From the human T2T-CHM13v2.0 reference genome, Homo sapiens, in the NCBI RefSeq assembly GCF_009914755.1, contig NC_060933.1: a stretch of 64,000 nt of DNA, one strand, 5' to 3'. Positions 56,123 to 64,000 of the stretch are shown piece by piece. Made by a program: the position numbers and the translations under genes. The notes under the pieces were generated by a model that worked only from the letters and a program-made list of their open reading frames with translations, searched no databases and was not told the DNA's origin. Within the stretch, counting starts at the first letter, position 1, and each line of letters begins with the position of its first letter.

Positions 56123-56644
56123 TAAGAATGGAAAGACAACCCAGGAACCGATGAGGAAAACACAGCAGGTCGAAAAAAGAGCAACTGCTTCATTCAAAGA
56201 TAGTTGAGAAGCTACCAACCCGAGGAAATGCCACTGATGTCCTAACACTTCAATTGAAGAAGAGGAAAACCAGCCCTTTTGTGAAAAGATATCATCTGTG
56301 TCCAGTAAGAAGGCAAATATGGACAGAAGGCAAATATGGACAAGCAAATAAGGGCCACATGTAGCAACCACTTTCTGTTGGGCTCAGTGGAGACATAGAG
56401 AAACCCCCTGTGACTTCAAGACAGAGAATAACAACCAAATGCACTACTAAATCAACTGCAATGCCCTGTGTAGAACCAAATAAGGCAAGTTCAAGGTTTC
56501 CTCCAAGGCTGAACAGTACAAGGACAAGCTATTCTTCCTTGTGCTAAAATGAGAGGATGAAAGGAAGAAAGGACAGGACTATTCTGAGCCTGTCAGCTCC
56601 ACTGAGCCCTGTAGCTGCTTGCATCAATTTAAAATGGAAGCTAT

Positions 56645-56963
56645 GGCTACGTACCGCGGCTCACGCCTGTAATCCCAACACAGAACTTTGGGAGGCCGAG
56701 GTGAGCAAATCACGAGATCAGGAGCTCGAGATCATCCTGGCTAACATGGTGAAACCCTGTCTCTACTAAAAATACAAAAAATTAGCAAGGCGCCTGTAGT
56801 CCCAGCTATTCAGGAGGCTGAGGCAGGAGAATTGCTTGAATCCGGGAGGAGGAGGTTGCAGTGAGCCGGGATCACGCCACTACACTCCAGCCTAGGTGAC
56901 AGAGCAAGACTCTATCTCAAAATAAATAAATAAATAAATAAAATTAAATTTAAAAAATAAAAT
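56645..56963 (+). mobile_element. Alu (AluSc/Y-like) in the STK33-like 3'UTR
   Basis: TSD aaaatggaagctat at 56631-56644 and 56964-56977. Confidence 0.95.
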
Positions 56964-57329
56964 AAAATGGAAGCTATTTATCTCCAAAGCAGCATGAACT
57001 GTATGTGGTGTTACAGCACAGCCACCAATGGGCTTGACAGCAGGCTGCAGCCAGAATCAACTCAAGACCTATCATAGGCTAAGGCTGTCTAATGGACAGA
57101 TGCCCTCAAAGCAGTGGGACCAGTTGAGAAGGCTTTGAGTTATACTTGCTCAGTTTTCCTCACTGTGATGGCTAAGTTCATGCATCAATTTGAATGGTCA
57201 TTGACCATGGAGTGTTCAGATTAAACATTATTTCTGGATGTGTCTGTGAGGGTACTAAATTACTTACATATAGCCAATTAAAAACAGATATTAACCCTGT
57301 CCTTCATTCCCTGACCTCCCCCCAACTCG

Positions 57330-57330
<1 letters not shown>

Positions 57331-57374
<44 letters not shown>
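57331..57374 (+). repeat. (CA)n microsatellite
   Basis: About 22 CA units. Confidence 0.95.
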
Positions 57375-57376
<2 letters not shown>

Positions 57377-59324
57377 GAATTCTACAAGAGTGTGGTGAGA
57401 TTCACTGCTCATGGTAATGTCAATCAGAACGAATTTTCTTAAAAGTAATGCAGCTTATACCAAAAGCCTTTAAGACATATATATTCTTGGTGCAGTCATC
57501 CTTAGCCTCAGTCTTCTCATCTGTAAAATGAGGACAATGATGCCTCCCTATGACAGCTGAAATTCTGTATTCAGGCCATCTGAAAGCTATAGTTGCTTAA
57601 TAAATGCCACTTCCATTTGTCTCTTTCCTCTGGTAAAACCCCATCTTGTTCACTATCCAAACAACAGCATGGTTACTACCTTGGTTACCTATGTTATTAT
57701 TTACAGCTGTTATCTTACAAATGCACTTCCACATGGCTTTTAAACAAAGATGATAACCAGGGTAAGTCAGAGACCAAGAACCCAATTGCAATCACCTTAT
57801 CGGACATTAAATTCATGATGTTTTTATGTGGTTTGATTTGTGTTCTGATCAAAGAAGCTAAGCAGGATACAGAAGATGTACCATGGCCATTTGGTACGTG
57901 GACCCAGGACTGTCCCATGTGTGACTTTCCTTAATCTACACAACAACTGGCTAAAATAAAGCATTATTAACTCCATTGGATCGATTAAGAAACTGCAGCT
58001 CAGAGAAAATAAGTGGCTTGTGCAAGAGATCAGAGGTAGAGCCAGCATTTAAACCAAGATCTTCTGGCTCTAAGATGCATCTATGGTCTTTCTTCCAACA
58101 TGCTACCCCAGGGGAACTCCTGGCTCCACCTCTGACCTAAGTACTCTCTGACCAAAATCAAGTAGAGCCTACAGATGTCTTCTGTATGGCATCACAGAAA
58201 AGGCAGTGGGCTCTTTACATTCATCTTTCAACAGGTATTCATTGAGCATCTTCAACGTGCAGGCTCCATGATAGGGTCTAGGAATGCAGAGATCACCAAG
58301 CAAAACCCCTGCTCATGACACTGACTTATGTTTTAGTTAAGAAGCCCGCTTGAGGTGAATAAGTGAATGTAATGAGGTAAGCACAGGAATTGGATGGACA
58401 GAAGATCCAAAGACATCATATTGGAAATAAGACCTGGTAGTGCCAACCCTGCAAAGAAATCAGGATTGGGGGTGGGAGGGTTTAGGCAGAAAAGCAGAAA
58501 GAGAAAAGAGCATTGGATGACATCAAGATTGTGAAGTAGGAAGTCCTGGAGCCTCCTTCCCCCTACTAACACACTGATTCAACAAAATTCACAGACAAGT
58601 TCCCTTCGTGAGAATCCCAGAAACTAATTGAAAGACAAAAGAACTACAAGACTGACAGAAAACAAATCAAAAAATGGCAATAGTAAATTCATCCTTATCA
58701 ATAATTACTTTAAATCTAAATGGATTAAACTCTCCAGTCAAAAGACACAGTGGCTGAATGAATTTTTTTAAAGACCCAACTATTTGTTGTCTACAAGAAA
58801 TTCACTTTGGACGTAAGGACACAAAGGCTGAATGTGAAGGGATAGAAAAAGATATTATATGCTGCAAATAAGCAAAAAAGAGCAGGGTAGCTATATTTAC
58901 GTCAAACAAAACAGACTTTAAGTCAAACATTGGCACAACAGATAAAGAAGAACATTATACAATGATAAAAGAATCAATCCACCAGGAAGATAAAACAATT
59001 ATAAATACATATGCACCCAAAATCAGAACACATAAATATATAAAGCAAACACTGACAGAACTAAAGGGAGAAATAGATACAATAATAGTAGGAGATTTAA
59101 ATATCCTACTTTCAATGATATTTTTGGTAGAACAGCAAGTCAGAATATCAATAAGAAAAGAGCAGACCTGAACACTACAGACCAAATGGACCTAACAAAC
59201 ATCCAGAATATTCCACCCAAAAATAGCAGAATATACCTTTTTCCAGCACATGCAGAAGTTTCTCCAGGATAGATGACATGGTAGATCACAAAACAAATCT
59301 TCATAAATTAAATAAAATTGAGAT

Positions 59325-59455
59325 GAGGCATGGTGGCTTATGCCTGTAATCTCAGCAATCCCAGCACTTTGGGAGGCCAAGGCAGGAGAATCACTTGAGG
59401 CCAGGAGTTGGAGACCAGCATGGACAACATAGTGAGAACCCATCTCTACAAAAAG
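59325..59455 (+). mobile_element. Alu left monomer/FLAM-like
   Basis: ggcatggtggcttatgcctgtaat...gaggccaggagttggagaccagc...catctctacaaaaa with no right arm. Confidence 0.85.
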
Positions 59456-59788
59456 AAAGAAGAAGAAGTAGAGGGAGAAGAGGAAGAAGAAGAGGAAGAA
59501 GGGGAAGAGGAGGAAGAAGAAGAAGAAGAAGAAGAAGAAGAAGAAGAAGAAGAGGAAAGGGGTGGGGGAGGGGGAGGGGGAGGGAAGGGGAGGAGGAGGG
59601 GAGGGGGAGGAGGAGGGGAGGGGGAGGAGGAGAGGAGGGGGAGGAGGAGGGGAGGGGGAGGAGGAGGGGAGGGGGAGGAGGAGAGGAGGGGGAGGGGAAG
59701 AAGAAGAAGAAGAAGAGGAGGAGGAGGAAGAAGAAAAAGAAGAGGAAGGAGAAGGAGGAAGGAGAAGAAGCAGAAGGAGAAGGAGAGA
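59450..59788 (+). repeat. Polypurine (GAA/GGA/GGGGA) low-complexity tract
   Basis: About 340 bp of almost pure purines, including a (GAA)n run and a duplicated 51-bp unit. Confidence 0.95.
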
Positions 59789-61957
59789 CTGAAATCATAC
59801 CAAGTATCTTTACTAAGCATAATGGAGGAAACCAGAAATCAATAGCAGAAAGAAAACTGAAAAATTCATAAATACATAGAAATTAAACAAATCATTATTT
59901 AGTAACCATTGAGTCACTGAAGAAATCAAAAAGGAAATTAGAAAATATCTTGAGAAAAATGAAGACAAAGATGCAAAATACCTAGGATACAGCAAAAGTA
60001 GCACTAAGTGGGAAGTTTATTGCAATAAATGCCTATGTTAAAAGAGAAGATCTCAAATAAGCAACCTAATTTTATATCCTAAAGAATTATAAAAAGAAAA
60101 ACCCAAGCTCAAAGCAAGTAGAAGGCAAGAAATTACAAAATATTAGATCAGAATAAACAAAATAGAAAACAAAAAAATAGAAAAGATAAACAAAACTGAG
60201 TTTTGAAAAATAAAATTGACAAACCCTTAGCTAAACTAATTCAGAAAAAAAGGGAAGTAAATAAAATTAGAAATGAAAGAGGAGACATTACAACTAATAC
60301 AACAGAAATAAGAAGAATAATGAGACTACTATGAACAAACATACACCAACAAACTGGATAACCTAGAAGAAATGAATAAATTCCTAAAAACATACTGCCT
60401 ACCAAGACTACACCATGAAGAAATAGTGAAGGGAAAGTGTGAATAGAACTATATCTAGTATGAAGATTGAATCAATAATCAAAAACCTCTCAACAAAGTA
60501 AAACCCAAACCAGATGCTTTCACTGGTTAATTCTACCAAACATTTAAATAAGAACTGATGTCAATTTTTTCTCAAACTCTTTCAAATAATTGAAAAGGAA
60601 GGAACACTTCCAATTTCATTTTTTGAAGTCAGCATTACCCTGAAATCAAAGCCAGCAAAGATACAAGAAAACTACAAACCAATATCTCTGAAGAACATAC
60701 ATGCAAAAATCCTCAACAAAATTCTAGCAAACCAAATCCAGCAACACATTAAAAGGTTCATACCTCAAGTGGAAATTTCCCCTGGGATGCAAGGATGGTT
60801 TAACATATGAAAATCGATTATGTGATACACCACATTAACAGAATAATTACAAAATTTGCATAATCATCTCAATAGATGCAGAAAAAGCATCTGACATTAT
60901 TCAACACTCTTTCATAATAAAATCTCTCAACAAATTAAGAATAGAAGGAAGGTATGTCAACATAATAAAAGCCATATTTGAAAACTCCACAGCTAATATC
61001 ACATTCAATGGTAAAAAACTGAAAGTTTTTCCTTTAAGATAAGGAAAAAAGCAAGGATGCCCAGTCTCCACTACTTCTATTCAACGTAATATTGGAAGTC
61101 CTAGCCAGACCAATTGGGCAAGAAAAAGAAATAAAAGGCTTCCAAATCAGAAAGGAAGAAGTAAAATTATCCCTGTTTGCAGATTACAGGATCTTATGTA
61201 TAGAAAACCCTCAAGACTTCATAAAAAACTGTTAGAACTCATATATAAATTCAGTAAAGTTGCAGGATATAAAATCAACATACAAACATCAGTTCTATTT
61301 CTGTACGCTAACAAACTACCTGAAAAAGAAATTAGGAAAACAATCCAATTTACAATATCAACAAAAAGAACAAAATACTTAGAAATAAACTTAATTAAAG
61401 AGAGGAAAGACTTACACTAGAAACTATAAAACATTGATTAAAGAAATTAAAGAAAACACAAACAAATGGAAATATATCTTGTGTTCATAGATTGGAAGAC
61501 TTACTATTGTCAAAATGTCCATACTACCCAAAGCAACTTACAGATTCAATGAAATCCCTATCAAAATCTCAATGGCATTTTTTTTACAAAAATAGAGAAA
61601 ACAATTTTACAATTTATATGGAGCCAGGAAAGACCACAAAGAGCCAAATTAATCTTGAGAAAGAAAAACAAAATTGGAAGCACCACACTTCCTGATCCCA
61701 AACTGTGTTACAAAGCTATAGTAATCAAAACAGCATGGTACTACCATAAGACAGACATAAACCAGTAAAACAGAATAAAGCCCAGAAATAAGTCCTTGCA
61801 TATATGGTCAACTAACCTTTGGGTAAGTACCCTTTGACAAGGGCACCAAGATTAGAAAATGGGAAAAGAATAGTCTCTTCAACAAAACCGAATGTCCAGT
61901 GCAAAAAAAAAAAGAAAGAAATTGTACCATACACAAAGACCTTACATTCAAAGATCA

Positions 61958-62247
61958 GGGTAGGCATGATGGCTCATGCCTGTAATTTCAGAACTTTTGG
62001 AGGGCAAGGCAGGAGGATCATTTGAGCCCAAGAATTTCGAGGCCAGCCTAGACAACATAACAAGACCCCATCTCTACAAAATTTTTAAAATTTAGCCAGG
62101 CATGATGATGCACACCTGTAGCCCTAGCTAATTGGGAGGCTGAGTTGGGAGGATTGCTTGAGCTCAGTTGAGATTACAGTGAGCTATGACTGCACCACTG
62201 CACATCAGCCTGGGTGGCAGAGAGAAACACTGTTTATTCAAGTAAAA
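61958..62247 (+). mobile_element. Diverged Alu (AluJ-like) inside L1
   Basis: gggtaggcatgatggctcatgcctgtaat...ggaggattgcttgag...cagtgagctatgactgcaccactgc. Confidence 0.9.
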
Positions 62248-62487
62248 AGATCAATTCAAAATGGATTAAAGACATAAGAACTGAAACCATAGAATTCCTA
62301 TGAAAAAACATAGTGGGGAAGCTTTATGACCTTGGTCTTAGCAATGATTTTATGAATATGAAACCAACAGCACAGGCAACAAAAACAAGTGCAACGTTGT
62401 ACCTGTAGTCAACAATAATGTATTGTACACTTAAAAATGTGTTAAGAGGACGGATCTCATGTTAAATATTCTTACCATGATAATGTT

Positions 62488-62648
62488 TTAATTTATAAAG
62501 AAAAGAGGTTTATTTGGCTTATGATTCTGCAGGCTGTACAAGCATGGCACCAGCATCTCCTCAGCTTCTGGGGAGAAGGAAGTCTTTACTCACGGAAGAT
62601 AGTGGAGGGGAAGCAGGCACTTCACAGGGTGAGAGGGAGCAAGGGAGC
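62488..62648 (-). mobile_element. MST (MaLR) LTR fragment
   Basis: atttataaagaaaagaggtttatttggctt...gcaggctgtacaagcatggcaccagcatc. Confidence 0.75.
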
Positions 62649-62799
62649 AGTTAAATAAATAAATAAGAGCAAAGGGTATTGGGGTGGGCAAGGAGTGAAG
62701 GAGGGGATTAAGGAGTAAAACAATTGCTGGAGTGATGTGAGGGGGCACAGGAGGTAAGCAACGCGTCCTCATCCATCAGGGCTGAGTGGGCCCAGGTGG

Positions 62800-63320
62800 G
62801 ACTGTATTCTAAAGGATAGTGGGGGAAGCCATAAGGGGAAGTGACACCACCTGATTTACATTTTTTTTAAGACCCCCGTGACTTTAGTGTGGAGAACAGA
62901 GTGAAAGCATTAAGTCCAGCTTAGGACTCCAGCTGTACTCCTGCAGCAAGAGAATGGTGGCCCAGTAATGGGCAGAAGTGGTGAGCATTCAGGAAAGTGG
63001 GGTTCTGAGTCACCTTGCTGATGAATTGGGTATGTGAATATAAGCACGAGGCTAGGGATAAAGGAAAGAAAGAAATCATGAGTGAGCTCTTGTATGTTTA
63101 CTTGAACAACAAGGTGCCATTAACTGAAGTGAGGAGGCCAAAGGAGAAACAGATAGAAGGATTTGATGTTGGCTGAGGTAAGTTTCAACTGCTGGTGAGA
63201 TATCCAAATGAATATAGGAAGTTGGTAGTTGAACTTAGAAGCCTTTGGTTCCTTGCAGTATTCAGGATTGGATTGGATTAACTAGGAAATGAGTCTAGAG
63301 AAGGGAAGAGGGTCTAGAGA
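62800..63320 (-). mobile_element. L2 fragment
   Basis: ctgatttacattttttttaag, ttgctgatgaattgg, ggtgccattaactgaag, gagatatccaaatgaa are antisense L2 motifs. Confidence 0.55.
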
Positions 63321-63909
63321 CAGTCTGGCTCCTCATTTAGAAAGTTAGAGCAATGATTCCCACCTAGTCTACCTTGTAGGGTCTCCACTAGGATTCATTG
63401 AGGAGAGGGCAGAGCTCTGTTCCAATTTCAAGGATCCTAAGTTGCAAACACCACCCCACTATTCCCTCTTCTCAGCGGTAAGGAGGCTGATGAGGAATTT
63501 CCGATGTGGGGAAGCTCTCCAGTGAGACTGGAAATGTTGCTGGAGCCTCCACCCCTACCTCCAGGACAGGCTGGTTCTCCCAAGCCTTAGCCTCATTTCA
63601 ACGACCCTGAGACAATCAGAAATGACCTGGTCTTCTTCCCCATCCTGCCCATTGTTATTGTGAAGCCCATCACCATTTTATCAAAATATGTAGCACAGAA
63701 GAGCCCACTCTGTTGTTGAGATGCTCATGAAACCTTTGGGTAGTTGGCCTGAGAAGTTTGAGAAACACCAGTGCCTCCTTTTCTCAAACTGTACAGGCAC
63801 ATTTTTCTTCATGCAGAATTTCACATATGGAAGATTTCACTTTGTAATTCCCAGATGTTCTTCTGTTATCTATGAGCAAGATAAATTCTTTTTTTCTTTT
63901 CTGTAGGTT

Positions 63910-63914
63910 ACACA

Positions 63915-63947
<33 letters not shown>
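63910..63947 (+). repeat. (CA)n microsatellite
   Basis: CA run with one caaa interruption. Confidence 0.95.
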
Positions 63948-63949
<2 letters not shown>

Positions 63950-64000
63950 ATCCTCCCATCTAGCTGCAAAACAGAAAACATTTTTTCATTGAATTGTATC

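Larger units (their letters stand above)
58510..62480 (+). mobile_element. Old L1 (L1MA/L1MB-like): short 5' end, decayed ORF2, remnant 3' end
   Basis: ORF2 start region aaatggcaatagtaa...ggattaaactctcc; ORFs 58962-59171 (EN: TIIVGDLN) and 61196-61420 ([12 protein letters not shown]); 3' motif gttaagaggacggatctcatgttaa. Confidence 0.88.

Noticed and set aside
59391-59871. Overlapping poly-Glu/Arg/Gly and poly-Pro/Leu/Ser ORFs
   Set aside because: Artefacts of the stop-free polypurine tract.

Overview
Repeat-rich primate (catarrhine/human-like) genomic DNA with no intact cellular protein-coding gene; nearly all listed ORFs come from L1, Alu, MaLR or low-complexity sequence. Main contents: the 3' end of an L1PA7-like element; a near-full-length antisense L1PB1-like element that split a MER58A transposon; an 8.6-kb HERV-H provirus (two LTR7-type LTRs, GTTAG target-site duplication, inside an MLT1 LTR) with a deleted RT catalytic core, an open RNaseH/integrase frame and a complete env broken by a 28-bp poly(A) insertion; a full THE1D element; old HMGN1 and U6 retrocopies; and a decayed STK33-like kinase copy whose kinase domain is intronless but whose 5' part has GT...AG-bounded interruptions. 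Several small rearrangements also look locally templated, two of them copied from about 2 kb downstream. Family and gene names come from recalled consensus sequences, not database searches.
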